Virus record (IMG/VR): IMGVR_UViG_3300032046_000001
Coordinates: 124,001-188,000 of that record
Strand: one strand, 5' to 3'
DNA length: 64,000 nucleotides
In this document: in pieces, positions 9,559-19,559 of the stretch
Layout: every line of letters starts with the position of its first letter
Numbering within the stretch: position 1 is the stretch's first letter
Translations under genes and position numbers: made by a program
Notes under the pieces: generated by a model
Seen by the model: only the letters and a program-made list of their open reading frames with translations
The model's database searches: none
What the model was told of the DNA's origin: nothing

Positions 9559-10008
9559 ATGTTACAAACAATAACTTCAACTATACTCATATTTGTACTT
9601 TTATTTTTATTTTTTCCACGTAGAAAGAAGGAATCATCCGTGAACTTGGATGTGATTAAAAGTTTTGACAATTATATCATTGTTCTTGAATATCATATGA
9701 AAAAGGCATATGATATAATTTTTAAAGATCAAATTATGATTTATTCATTAGAAGCAATGAAGTTAGATAATAGACAGTTAAAAGATGCCTCTAAAAAATT
9801 TGCCAAATTGGTTTTAAAACTAATAGGACCAAGACTACAAAAAGAATTTGAATATATTTACGGTGATCAAGAAACGTTATTATTCAATATAACTGAATAT
9901 TTTAACACTAAATTCGAAGATGATGAGGTTCGGCGTTGCGCCCAACAAAGAATGATGGATAATGATAAGGATAATTCAGATTTGAGTAGTATTTTTTCAA
10001 TGGAATAA
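9559..10008 (+). CDS. Hypothetical protein with N-terminal TM segment
   Basis: TILIFVLLFLFF followed by RRKK. Confidence 0.7.
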   Translation: MLQTITSTILIFVLLFLFFPRRKKESSVNLDVIKSFDNYIIVLEYHMKKAYDIIFKDQIMIYSLEAMKLDNRQLKDASKKFAKLVLKLIGPRLQKEFEYIYGDQETLLFNITEYFNTKFEDDEVRRCAQQRMMDNDKDNSDLSSIFSME

Positions 10009-10034
10009 TTAGTTAATTTAAAAAAAGGAATTTA

Positions 10035-11960
10035 TTGATGTCACTAAAAGACACTTTTACAAAATTAAAGACATCTATTGTCGGAACTAAGACTGTTTCC
10101 ATTGATACTAATCTCGACAATGCTATAAAAGATATATCTTCATTTAAAAATCAGACTGGACAACTTGGGTATATAGAACTCCTCAAAAGTTTAATATCAA
10201 AACAAAGTGATTTTAATCTTGGTAGTCAAAAATTCATGCAACATGGTGGGGCACCAAGTCCTGCTATGTATGGTCAAGCTAACCGATTGATGAGATATAA
10301 ATCATATAATGCCATATTTTCAAATATCTCATATTGTTATAGAGCATTGACAGTACTGGTAGACAATATTATTTCACCTGATGATATAACAAAACAATCA
10401 CTTGATATTAAACCAAAGTCATATTTAGAATCTGAAATAGAAACTGAATCAAAAACAGAATTGGTCAAAGAGGTTGTTAAGCAAACAAAACTTGAACAAA
10501 ATATTGATTTAATTGTCAAAAATGTTTTAGCTTATGGTGATTTCTTTGTTGAGATTGGTTCATCAAAAACTGCCTTGGTTAGCCGTGCGTATTTAATCGA
10601 ATCATATGGTAATGAGTATGCTCAGAATGAAGCCATTGATATACTAAATGTTAAAGATGATAATGAAAATAATCTCAGAATTATGATGGATTATACATCA
10701 TTCAATGAGTCTTCAAATGAGACTAAAGATGATAAAATGGACATCTCTGATATAAAATTAATGATGCATGATCCAAGGAATGTTATTAAATTACAGAGTG
10801 AGATGTTTCCGATATGTTTTGGTTATCTTGTATTTCCAAAATATATAATGAGTCATACAAATCAATTATCAGATCAAGCTATAAATGATATTTGTATATC
10901 GATATTAAAAAATCTGGAACAACGAATTCCAGACATGAAAGAATTTAGGGATAATAAAGAACTGCGAGATATTATCGCAACGATTGCTAGAGGAACAGAA
11001 TATGGTCTTGGGAGACAGGTTCAGATTAGATTTGTTCCAGCAGATAAGATGCAACACTTTAGAATTCCATCTACTAAATATTATCCCTATGGCGAATCTA
11101 TTATTGATTCGGTCACATTTCTTGGTAAGGTTTTAATCGCTCTTGAAACAGCTTTAACTATTCAAAGATTATCAAGATCAACTGAGAAATTTAAAATTGG
11201 TGTTGAGTTAGGGTTGCCAAGAGATGCTAGAAAAATTATTGATGGAATGCGCGAACAGTTCAAGAAAAGAAAAATAAGTATGGATTCTTTTGGTACTGTT
11301 GATACAATACCATCAATGATTACAACATTCGAGGATATATACATCCCTCAAAAAGATGGAAAACCATTTGTTGATATTGGAACCTTCAATGAAGGTCGTG
11401 TTGATATTAGAAGTAAAGTTGATGAACTTAAGTTTGTTCGGGATAGTTTAGTTGCTGCACTCGGTGTTCCACCTCCGCTTATTGGTATTGAAGAGAACGC
11501 ATCAATGAAAGCAACATTAGCAGAAGAGAATATACTGTTTGCAAGGACAATTGTTAGTCATCAAAAATATTTAACAAATCAAATAAACGATTTAATTAAA
11601 AAAATATTTCAATTAATTGATCCTGAAAGTTCATTAACATTATTGGATAATGTCTCAATAGCGTTTCCAACACCCAAATCTTTACAATTTGAACTTTTAT
11701 CTAGGAGAATGAACGACACAATTAATTTGATTGAAAGTTTAGAAAGAATTGGTATTCCAAAAGAATATTCAAAGAAGAAATATTTACAAGATATTGATTG
11801 GAACGATGTTGAAAATTTCCAAATTGATGGTGATATTGAAAAGAAATTGGGTATTGCTCCACCAGAAGACACTGGATTCGGTGGTGGTGGGTTTGCTATA
11901 GGAGGTGCTCAAGGTATGTCTGGAGTTCCTGGTACAGTTCCACCACAAACACAATATTAA
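10035..11960 (+). CDS. Portal protein (T4 gp20-like)
   Basis: YGDFFVE, YYPYGESII, LETALTIQRLSRSTE, EDIYIPQKDG, LVAALGVP; first gene of a portal-protease-capsid block. Confidence 0.85.
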   Translation: MMSLKDTFTKLKTSIVGTKTVSIDTNLDNAIKDISSFKNQTGQLGYIELLKSLISKQSDFNLGSQKFMQHGGAPSPAMYGQANRLMRYKSYNAIFSNISYCYRALTVLVDNIISPDDITKQSLDIKPKSYLESEIETESKTELVKEVVKQTKLEQNIDLIVKNVLAYGDFFVEIGSSKTALVSRAYLIESYGNEYAQNEAIDILNVKDDNENNLRIMMDYTSFNESSNETKDDKMDISDIKLMMHDPRNVIKLQSEMFPICFGYLVFPKYIMSHTNQLSDQAINDICISILKNLEQRIPDMKEFRDNKELRDIIATIARGTEYGLGRQVQIRFVPADKMQHFRIPSTKYYPYGESIIDSVTFLGKVLIALETALTIQRLSRSTEKFKIGVELGLPRDARKIIDGMREQFKKRKISMDSFGTVDTIPSMITTFEDIYIPQKDGKPFVDIGTFNEGRVDIRSKVDELKFVRDSLVAALGVPPPLIGIEENASMKATLAEENILFARTIVSHQKYLTNQINDLIKKIFQLIDPESSLTLLDNVSIAFPTPKSLQFELLSRRMNDTINLIESLERIGIPKEYSKKKYLQDIDWNDVENFQIDGDIEKKLGIAPPEDTGFGGGGFAIGGAQGMSGVPGTVPPQTQY

Positions 11961-11968
11961 AGTATAAT

Positions 11969-12059
11969 AGAGAGATAGAGAACGATCGCTCGAAAAGAAG
12001 TAATCCGAACTTCCTTCTCTCTTTAAATTTATCATTCGGAAAATAACCAAAAATCGGAG
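11969..12059 (+). ncRNA. Structured leader element, copy 2
   Basis: P1 11969-75/12016-22, P2 GAG/CTC, GAAAA, P3 GAAGT/ACTTC; loop TCCGA is complementary to TCGGA at 12036-40 and 12053-57 (over the SD GGAGG). Confidence 0.75.
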
Positions 12060-12067
12060 GTTATAAA

Positions 12068-12676
12068 ATGAAAATATTTGAAAATTTGGATTTAAAAGAT
12101 TTAGAAAATGAAATATGGAAAAATATTTTAGATTATGAAAATAATTATCAAATTAGTAATTCAGGACGAATTAAATCATTAAAATTTGGAAAAGAAAAAA
12201 TATTAAAACAGATCAAAGATAATTATAATTATTTTTTTATCAATTTGTGTAAAAATGGAAAATCTAAAATAAAATATATTCATCATCTTGTTTATGAAAC
12301 TTTCAAAGGAAAATTAGAAGAAGGTTATGATGCTCATCATATAAATGAAAATAAAGAAGATAATTTTGTTGGTAATTTAGAATCTAAACCACATAACGAA
12401 CATTCTAGTTTTCATAATAAAAATAAAATAGTTTCAGAAGAAACAAAAAAGAAAATATCTAAAAGTGGAAAAGGAAGAGCGGTTACAGAAGAAACAAGAA
12501 TTAAAATTAAAGGAAAAAATAATCCAAATTACAAAATAACAAATCAAAAAATTATTGATATCAGGATTGACATAGAAAAAAAATTAAGTCAAAGAAAAAT
12601 TGCTAATAAATACGATGTTAGTCAAACAACAGTTTCTAGTATAAAAACTGGAAAAGTTAGGGAGTTATATGAATAA
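12068..12676 (+). mobile_element. NUMOD4-HNH homing endonuclease
   Basis: IWKNILDYENNYQISNSGRIKS, AHHINENKEDN, C-terminal HTH (SQRKIANKYDVSQTTV). Confidence 0.88.
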
Positions 12677-13322
12677 ATTAATAGAAAATTTATTAGAAAA
12701 ATTATTTAGTACAGCATCTGATAATTTAACACCGAGATCAAATGATGATTATTCTGATGTTGAAAATCTATCAGCAGATTCAGATACATACACTACTAAT
12801 ATACCGTACTTTTCTACGGCGCAAGATTTTAATTATTTTAATACTATAGGTATGGCACGAGAACAAGCTGTTCCTCAAGATCCTGAAGAACAAGCTGCCG
12901 CTAAAGCGCAAACTCAGGTTGATCCCAATCAAACAGGACAATATCAAGATCCTAATATGACGCAACCACAAGTTGATCAATATGGACAACCCATACCCGG
13001 TACAGAAATGATTCCAGGACAAGAAGTTCAAGATCCAGAGTATTTAGGAAAAATATATGAACTAAAAAAAATATATTCAAGACTTGTTTCGATTGAATCA
13101 TTTTTAGATTCCGAGTCTGATCCTACACTATTAAAATTAAGAAATTATGTCTCATCTTCAATTGAGCTATTTCAAATGTTGATTAATAATATTTCAGTAT
13201 TTCGTGAAATGATTGATGAACTTATAGTTATTTATTATAAATTTTTATTAGAAGTTTATTCACTACTGAAAGAATATTATAAAAAAGAAAATGCTAAAGT
13301 GAAGAATGAACAAGAGGGATAA
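12669..13322 (+). CDS. Hypothetical head-module protein
   Basis: 217 aa with a Q/P-rich linker, between portal and protease. Confidence 0.7.
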   Translation: MNKLIENLLEKLFSTASDNLTPRSNDDYSDVENLSADSDTYTTNIPYFSTAQDFNYFNTIGMAREQAVPQDPEEQAAAKAQTQVDPNQTGQYQDPNMTQPQVDQYGQPIPGTEMIPGQEVQDPEYLGKIYELKKIYSRLVSIESFLDSESDPTLLKLRNYVSSSIELFQMLINNISVFREMIDELIVIYYKFLLEVYSLLKEYYKKENAKVKNEQEG

Positions 13323-13324
13323 TT

Positions 13325-13999
13325 ATGTCACATTTTATTATTGAGAGTGCAATATTCCAAGAAGCCAAACTTGTTAAAAATATTGGAAATAAAGCACGAT
13401 TTCGTATGATTATGCAAACAATGGATGAAAGTAACCAAAATAGAAGAATATATCCCAAAAATGTTTTAATGGAAGGCATGAAAGGTTGTGATGACAGAAT
13501 AAAATCAAGAAGTTTTGTGGGTGAAATGGATCATCCATTTCCTTCAGGCAATCACGATATTGATGCTGTAAGACAATCAACGGTTTCACTAAAAGAAGTT
13601 TCCCATTTAATCAATGAATATGGAGTTGATGGTAATAAATTGATGGGAGAACTTGAAACGCTTGATACCGATAATGGTAGAAAATTATTAGGATTATTAA
13701 AAGATCGTGTAGGCGCGGGGTTGTCTATGCGTGGAATGGCCGAACTCGAAAGAAATCGTGAGAATTATAATGTTGTTAAGGCACCATTAATGATAATCAC
13801 ATTTGATACTGTTTCAATGCCATCTCACAAAGCCGCTGTCGTTAACTTCAATGAATGTAGATTTGAATCAATGAGTCTTATTCAGGAAAGTTCATGTGGA
13901 ACTACAATATGTACACCCGATGGTAGATGTTACTTAGCAAATTATTTCGACAAATTAGTTGAAACTAAGATAATTCAATTTTCAAGTAACTGGGTTTAA
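13325..13999 (+). CDS. Prohead maturation protease (T4 gp21-like)
   Basis: NQNRRIYP, GEMDHP, VSH, GLSMRG, FDTVSMPS. Confidence 0.9.
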   Translation: MSHFIIESAIFQEAKLVKNIGNKARFRMIMQTMDESNQNRRIYPKNVLMEGMKGCDDRIKSRSFVGEMDHPFPSGNHDIDAVRQSTVSLKEVSHLINEYGVDGNKLMGELETLDTDNGRKLLGLLKDRVGAGLSMRGMAELERNRENYNVVKAPLMIITFDTVSMPSHKAAVVNFNECRFESMSLIQESSCGTTICTPDGRCYLANYFDKLVETKIIQFSSNWV

Positions 14000-14021
14000 A
14001 ATTTTTGTTTTTAAATTGTGC

Positions 14022-14031
14022 GGGAACAAAA
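14022..14031 (+). promoter_or_regulatory. GGGAACAAA motif
   Basis: Intergenic, upstream of 14053 and the capsid gene. Confidence 0.55.
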
Positions 14032-14052
14032 AAATAATATGTTTTAGGATAA

Positions 14053-14358
14053 ATGATGCAACTAATAAATGATGAATCGAAAAAGCAGTGGGAACATAAT
14101 TATGAAAAAGATTTTAAGTTTATGAAAAATATCATTGAGAAAATAATAACTATTGGTGAACTTGATAAAAAATTAAACTATAAAAATAATTTTGATGAAC
14201 AGATGAATATTTTACAAGAAAAAATAAATAAACAAAAAATGATACTGGAAAAATCAAAAGATCTTGAAGAGAAAATTAACAAAAAAATAGAAGAGTTAGA
14301 TGTTGAGAATTCAAATCAAAAAATTTCACTATTAGAATCTTTAGGTACTAAATTATGA
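14053..14358 (+). CDS. Coiled-coil hypothetical protein (possible scaffold)
   Basis: K/E-rich helical ORF between protease and MCP. Confidence 0.6.
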   Translation: MMQLINDESKKQWEHNYEKDFKFMKNIIEKIITIGELDKKLNYKNNFDEQMNILQEKINKQKMILEKSKDLEEKINKKIEELDVENSNQKISLLESLGTKL

Positions 14359-14768
14359 AAATAATTGATACTGAAATTCCTGACATAAATATGGATAATG
14401 TTGACGAACAAAAAGTTAATTTAATGAATCAAATAATTGAAGGAATTTATCCCTTATTAGAGAACTCAAATATATTAAAACAAAATCAAATTAAAAACCT
14501 GGAAGAAGAAATCAAAAAAAATAAGAAGTTAATTAAAAACTCAAAATTGATGTTGACTGAATTATTTAGTAGATACACCAAAAATAAAAAAATTAATCAA
14601 TTATATGAGTGTTTGAGTAAACTTGTTTCACATAACAATATAACCGATAAACATGAAACAATCATTTTATTAAGGGTTGTTGAAACTTTATCAAACGAGA
14701 AACTGGACTATCATTTATACGAAACAATAAAGTTAGTTAATAAGTATTGTACAGTATTGAGTGATTAA
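14355..14768 (+). CDS. Hypothetical protein
   Basis: 137 aa, ATGA-coupled. Confidence 0.6.
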   Translation: MKIIDTEIPDINMDNVDEQKVNLMNQIIEGIYPLLENSNILKQNQIKNLEEEIKKNKKLIKNSKLMLTELFSRYTKNKKINQLYECLSKLVSHNNITDKHETIILLRVVETLSNEKLDYHLYETIKLVNKYCTVLSD

Positions 14769-14810
14769 TTCATTTTTTTAATTTTAGATACTTAATTGGA
14801 GGTTTTTCAA

Positions 14811-16274
14811 ATGTCTAGTAATACAAAAGAGATGCTTACCGAAGCCTATAGAACCACGAAAAAAATGAGTGGTTTTGATCCTTCTAAACCGGGTAATATT
14901 AGAAATATTATTACCGATGATACTGCTTTTAACACATATGTAGAAAGTTTAGCTGAGTCTATCAAAGACAAGACTGATAAGGAAGCTTTTAAACTTTTGG
15001 CTGAGAATACTCGAATTAACCTGTTGGAAAATTCGATGTTTCAGATCAATCCTTATGAATCTTTGACTTTGCCTATTCTTAGAATATTCTATCCTAAGCT
15101 TGTAGCTAAAGAAGCCATTACGGTTGCTCCTATGGATAAACCTGAGACGATTAAAGCTTTTATTACTGCAACTTTTAGTCCTTCTAATAGTTCTACTAAG
15201 TATACCGCACCTGTTATCAATACAGATATTTCTGGTGGTCCTTCAGTTGGTACGCCTGTAACGGCTGCTATGACTGTTCCTCAGACTGCTTATGATGTAT
15301 TGAATGTTGCTGGTGTAACCAGTACACAAGCTCACTTAGAGAGAGATTTTCAGATTACCGCTGTAACTGATGGTACTTCTTGGGTTAATGTTAATATCGT
15401 TCCTGCTGTTGAAGGTCATTTCAGTTCTTCTGTTACGACTCCTGGTGGTACTGATGTTCTTTCTGGTCAAGTTGATTATTTGAATGGTACTGTTGCTATA
15501 TCTAGTGCCACTAGTATTGTAACTTCTATTCGTTATCAGGTTACAATGTCTCTGGAAGAGAACCGAATCAATCCTCAAGTTAACTTGAACATTGATAAGG
15601 TACGTCTCTATGCTAAAGACAGACAGATTTCAGCGGCTTGGACCATCAACATGGAACAGGATATGCGAGCATTGTTCGACATATCTATGCAAGCTGAAAT
15701 TGTAAATATTCTTGGTCAGCAGATTGCTCTTGATATCGATCGTGAGATTGTTAACGCCTTGATTACTGGTAATACCAGATTGAATCCTGGTGCAACTCAT
15801 ACTGGTACATTCAATAGGACTCCTCCCGGAACCTATACTTGGGGCGAAAAATACTGGCATGAAAACATTATACCTGTGTTGAACGAATTGTCAGCTCAGA
15901 TCTATAATGATACCCATTTAGAGTCAGGTAATACCATTTTGGCTAATCCACTTGATGTTGCTATTCTTGAAGATCTTCAGGGATTCAACTATACTGGTAC
16001 GTCTTATGCTGATGGTGAGTTAGGTTATCGTTCTGCTGTTGTTGCTGGTGGCAAATGGAGAGTATTGACTAGTGCTGTTGTTTCACAAGGTACTATGATT
16101 GTTATCTATAAGCCAGTTGAAGAGTTGAAATGTATATACTTATACTGTCCGTATGTTCCTGCAATTTTACACCCATATCCATTATCTTACACTCCTACGT
16201 TGACAGTTCTGTCAAGGTATGCTACGAGTCTTGTAAGACCTTTGGGTATTTGTACGCTGTCTATTGGTGCGTAA
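14811..16274 (+). CDS. Major capsid protein (T4 gp23-like)
   Basis: VAPMDKP and AKDRQISAAWTINMEQDMRALFDISMQAEIVNILGQQIALDIDREIV resemble the gp23 core; ATG 14811 follows GGAGG. Confidence 0.9.
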   Translation: MSSNTKEMLTEAYRTTKKMSGFDPSKPGNIRNIITDDTAFNTYVESLAESIKDKTDKEAFKLLAENTRINLLENSMFQINPYESLTLPILRIFYPKLVAKEAITVAPMDKPETIKAFITATFSPSNSSTKYTAPVINTDISGGPSVGTPVTAAMTVPQTAYDVLNVAGVTSTQAHLERDFQITAVTDGTSWVNVNIVPAVEGHFSSSVTTPGGTDVLSGQVDYLNGTVAISSATSIVTSIRYQVTMSLEENRINPQVNLNIDKVRLYAKDRQISAAWTINMEQDMRALFDISMQAEIVNILGQQIALDIDREIVNALITGNTRLNPGATHTGTFNRTPPGTYTWGEKYWHENIIPVLNELSAQIYNDTHLESGNTILANPLDVAILEDLQGFNYTGTSYADGELGYRSAVVAGGKWRVLTSAVVSQGTMIVIYKPVEELKCIYLYCPYVPAILHPYPLSYTPTLTVLSRYATSLVRPLGICTLSIGA

Positions 16275-16330
16275 TTAAAATAAAAAAAATAATTTTTTAT
16301 TTTTATATTTAAAAAAAAGAGGTGATTCCA

Positions 16331-16396
16331 ATGGCTGGTAAAGGCGGTGGAAAACCCAAGGGAAAACCGAAGGGCAAACCCAAGGGTGGAAAATAA
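16331..16396 (+). CDS. 21-aa basic micro-ORF MAGKGGGKPKGKPKGKPKGGK (not in ORF track)
   Basis: SD GAGGTGA at 16319-25, ATG 16331, TAA 16394-96; synonymous variation among the three GKPK units. Confidence 0.7.
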   Translation: MAGKGGGKPKGKPKGKPKGGK

Positions 16397-16404
16397 GTAA
16401 ATTA

Positions 16405-16436
16405 AACAGCTCCTATGAGAAATCATAGGAGCTGTT
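16405..16436. terminator. 14-bp GAAA-tetraloop hairpin between convergent units
   Basis: AACAGCTCCTATGA-GAAA-TCATAGGAGCTGTT. Confidence 0.8.
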
Positions 16437-16537
16437 CTCTCACTTTTTATCCCATTTCATCTTAATATAAATTGTTAATACTATTGAAAATATAGTTGTT
16501 ATACTCCCAATTAATATTCCAATCAACACATCATCCA

Positions 16538-16921
16538 TTAGTCAATGTCATTTTCTACATAAGACATAATTTGTTGTATCGTTATATTGTGTATCACCAT
16601 CATCTCCAATATCTCATCTTTATCTGGATGATCATATTGTAATGCACGTTTTAGTTGAGATGTATACTGAATATCCCAACATAGATCAAAATCATATGGA
16701 AGAAGTGGATCTGTTGGATTGGGAAAATCGTATAAATCATTTCTTAATTGCCAAGTACTAAATTCTTCAAGATTTACACAGCGACTATTTTTCAATGTTT
16801 CATCAACATATGAAACAGTTTTTTCAGTTCCATCCCAGTGGTATGTTCTGACGATACTCCCATCTGGTCGTTCATATAAAGCACCGAGAACAACACCACC
16901 AACTCTGACAGTAATAGACAT
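16538..16921 (-). CDS. Hypothetical protein
   Basis: 127 aa, SD AAGGAAG, overlaps the coaB-like stop by 1 nt. Confidence 0.65.
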   Translation of the reverse strand: MSITVRVGGVVLGALYERPDGSIVRTYHWDGTEKTVSYVDETLKNSRCVNLEEFSTWQLRNDLYDFPNPTDPLLPYDFDLCWDIQYTSQLKRALQYDHPDKDEILEMMVIHNITIQQIMSYVENDID

Positions 16922-17673
16922 TATTCTTCCTTTCTATGTAATAATTCTTGATTGATTAAGTCATACAGAGTAGAATTTAGAGTGTCTCTATTCACATCAG
17001 CAATAGAACCATTTTTTGAAATTATAACTGCTCTTTGACTATACCACTCAAGACAATTAGCAACAATAAAATCGGCATCCGATTGTCTCATACTTTTAAG
17101 AGCTATATCAATAAGTTGTTGATCTGATTTCTGACTTTCAAGTTTAAACTTAACAAGAATTCCTTTAAAACCCCATTCAGTTTTAATAAGATCAACAATC
17201 TTTGGAAGAGGAACTAATTTCAAATATAATTCTTTTCTTCCTGATTTAATCTTTGGTTCATTAATTGGCCACATCATTGGATTACCAGTATCATCATAAC
17301 CCATTTCATAAGCACCATCAACACCATAATCACTAACGGCTGCTGAATGAATTATAACATCATATTGAAATGGTGTTTCTCCGGTCATAACAGGTTGATC
17401 GGCCAATTCGCGTTGAATACTATCCTTTAATTCATCAAATGTTCTATATTGAATAACATTGATATCTATGTAATCCCATTCAAGTGATCGAATGCTTTCT
17501 TCTGCATATTCAATTAATGGTCTGGAATTTAAAAGAGTAACAACAGCACCCTGTTCAAGAAAGTATTTTGCAATCTTAGTACCAGACTTACCAGTGAATA
17601 TATTACTTATTCTTCTTACGTTGTCAATACGGGAACAAGTACTACCTCCCGTTATCAGCGTTCGTATTCTCAC
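16921..17673 (-). CDS. coaB: Phosphopantothenate-cysteine ligase (CoaB domain)
   Basis: LITGGST..IDNVRRISNIFTGKSG, HSAAVSDY, PKI, LVKFKLE, DFIVAN. Confidence 0.85.
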   Translation of the reverse strand: MRIRTLITGGSTCSRIDNVRRISNIFTGKSGTKIAKYFLEQGAVVTLLNSRPLIEYAEESIRSLEWDYIDINVIQYRTFDELKDSIQRELADQPVMTGETPFQYDVIIHSAAVSDYGVDGAYEMGYDDTGNPMMWPINEPKIKSGRKELYLKLVPLPKIVDLIKTEWGFKGILVKFKLESQKSDQQLIDIALKSMRQSDADFIVANCLEWYSQRAVIISKNGSIADVNRDTLNSTLYDLINQELLHRKEE

Positions 17674-17827
17674 TCATCTCACCCTCAATCTTCATATTAT
17701 ATCCGAAATCTTTACACCATTCTTCTATTGCCTCTCTTGCTGAATCGGTTGTGACATTAAAAAAACAATCATTAAATTGTTCGAGAGTACCATCAAATAA
17801 ATTACCATCATTAATGATTATTCTCAT
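17642..17827 (-). CDS. Hypothetical protein
   Basis: 61 aa, coupled to both neighbours. Confidence 0.5.
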   Translation of the reverse strand: MRIIINDGNLFDGTLEQFNDCFFNVTTDSAREAIEEWCKDFGYNMKIEGEMSENTNADNGR

Positions 17828-18474
17828 TTTGGTTTATCCCTCCAGATTCCGATTTCAGTATATTCTTTAGTATACTTACATGTTGACTGAAATAAACGCC
17901 GTTCAAATTCCTCTCTGGTAATTTTTTCTTTACACCAACTATAATCAAAATCACCTTGTCGATCCCAACCATCTGGATCATAAACTTCCATAGTACATAA
18001 CTTTTGCCATTCTTCACTAGTTCTATATTCAGGATCTTTTTTAGATTGGACTTCAATATCATCTTCAACTTCATTAACTAATTTAATAATTCCCCTTAGA
18101 GCATCTTCAGGAGTTTTAGCTAACCAACTTAAACTCGGATATTTTTCACATAGTCCAACATACTCATTGTCATCATCAGACCATGATATTTTATAATTAT
18201 ATTTATTCACTTGTTCTCTCTTTCTTTCATATTTATCTTCAATTTCTTTAAGTTTAGCAAGTAGTCTCGGTATATCTTTTTGTGCCTCTTCCTGCATTAT
18301 GGCAAATTGTCTTAAATTTTCTCTATTAGATTCTTTTTCTCTAGCGGCATCTATGATCTTATCAAAAGCTTCTCTTTTAGTTTTACCAAAAGAAGTTAAA
18401 CTAGGACATGGTTTATAAAAACCTATATAACCATCTACTTTTGATTTTTTAATATAAAAATCAGATTTCTTCAC
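17824..18474 (-). CDS. Protein with two HicB-like segments plus a C-terminal domain
   Basis: GYIGFYKPCPSLTSFGKTKREAF and YVGLCEKYPSLSWLAKTPEDAL; probable GTG start 18474 after GGAG (track ORF starts 18537). Confidence 0.55.
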   Translation of the reverse strand: MKKSDFYIKKSKVDGYIGFYKPCPSLTSFGKTKREAFDKIIDAAREKESNRENLRQFAIMQEEAQKDIPRLLAKLKEIEDKYERKREQVNKYNYKISWSDDDNEYVGLCEKYPSLSWLAKTPEDALRGIIKLVNEVEDDIEVQSKKDPEYRTSEEWQKLCTMEVYDPDGWDRQGDFDYSWCKEKITREEFERRLFQSTCKYTKEYTEIGIWRDKPK

Positions 18475-19195
18475 ACATGTCTCCGGTGATGAAAATAAAT
18501 CTACTATGATCAAGTGGATCAACAACAGCATAATCATTAGTGGGGAAAGTTACAAATTCATTAGAAATATTTGCATGACATTTTACAACATCAAATATTT
18601 CACCAACATGATTACTAAACCAAAATTGTGAATTTTTGGCTTCATCTTTGATTTTAACTTTAATACGACCCAATTCAAGTATTCGATCGACAACGGTAGA
18701 CACACTAGGTAATTTACCAACTCCATTAATACCACATGCAAGATTACCAACAACAGGTTTAACAATGTACCATTGATTTCTTATCAATACATCGATATTC
18801 TTTTGTGTAGCAATATTCAAATACATATTACTGTTCATTGCTGGAAATATAATTCGTGGAACATTCATTGGTGTTGCTAATATAGCAGATAAGGCCAAAC
18901 TACCAGCCATACCATGTGAAATTTTGGCTATTGTGTTTGCCGTTGCTGGAACAACAGCTAAAACATCAAGATCTTGAACAGAATCAATATGCGTTATTTT
19001 CTTACCAATCATACTGGTACTTAAATATTCATCAGCTCTTGTTTGAAGTACAGTAGGTGTTATAAAATCTAATGCTTTCTTTGTTGTCATTACTTTAATA
19101 TAAATATCAGGACATTTTTTTCTCAACATAGTCATAATGATTGGAATCTTGTAAGTTGCGATGCATCCAGTAACTATTAACAAAACTTTTTTCAT
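18461..19195 (-). CDS. coaC: Phosphopantothenoylcysteine decarboxylase (CoaC flavoprotein domain) with C-terminal extension
   Basis: VLLIVTGCIATYK, VVPATANTIAKISHG, PAMNSNM, GNLACGINGVGKL. Confidence 0.87.
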   Translation of the reverse strand: MKKVLLIVTGCIATYKIPIIMTMLRKKCPDIYIKVMTTKKALDFITPTVLQTRADEYLSTSMIGKKITHIDSVQDLDVLAVVPATANTIAKISHGMAGSLALSAILATPMNVPRIIFPAMNSNMYLNIATQKNIDVLIRNQWYIVKPVVGNLACGINGVGKLPSVSTVVDRILELGRIKVKIKDEAKNSQFWFSNHVGEIFDVVKCHANISNEFVTFPTNDYAVVDPLDHSRFIFITGDMCEEI

Positions 19196-19333
19196 TTTCT
19201 TATTCTTTCCTTAATTGATTTAAAAATTTCAACTAATATTAAACATGGAAAAAAACTAATGGAAATTATACCCATTATATTTCCAAGATAATATATAAAT
19301 GGAGAACAATTATAACGTATCATACAACACCTC

Positions 19334-19363
19334 AGATGGGAGGGAAATTGATCCCTCCCATCT
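19334..19363. terminator. 12-bp hairpin
   Basis: AGATGGGAGGGA-AATTGA-TCCCTCCCATCT, just past the 19371 stop. Confidence 0.6.
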
Positions 19364-19370
19364 TTAAGTT

Positions 19371-19559
19371 TTAATCTTTCATAAAATTGACATGTTCTTT
19401 GAGGAAGGAGAAGATCTTATTTTTTCCACCCTCTCTTATAGTGAATAAATAACTATGTCCGTTATCTTTGATTTCAACAATATCCTGTTGGAAAATTCGT
19501 TTTCCTCCATTTGAAATCTTAACATAATTCCAATCACTGCTTTTCGCCGGTATTTCCAT
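19371..19559 (-). CDS. Hypothetical protein
   Basis: 62-aa ORF in the minus-strand run. Confidence 0.45.
   Translation of the reverse strand: MEIPAKSSDWNYVKISNGGKRIFQQDIVEIKDNGHSYLFTIREGGKNKIFSFLKEHVNFMKD

Noticed and set aside
17631-17639. GGGAACAAG in coaB and GGGAACAAT in the 22261 hairpin
   Set aside because: Imperfect copies inside a coding region or terminator; not counted as promoter copies.
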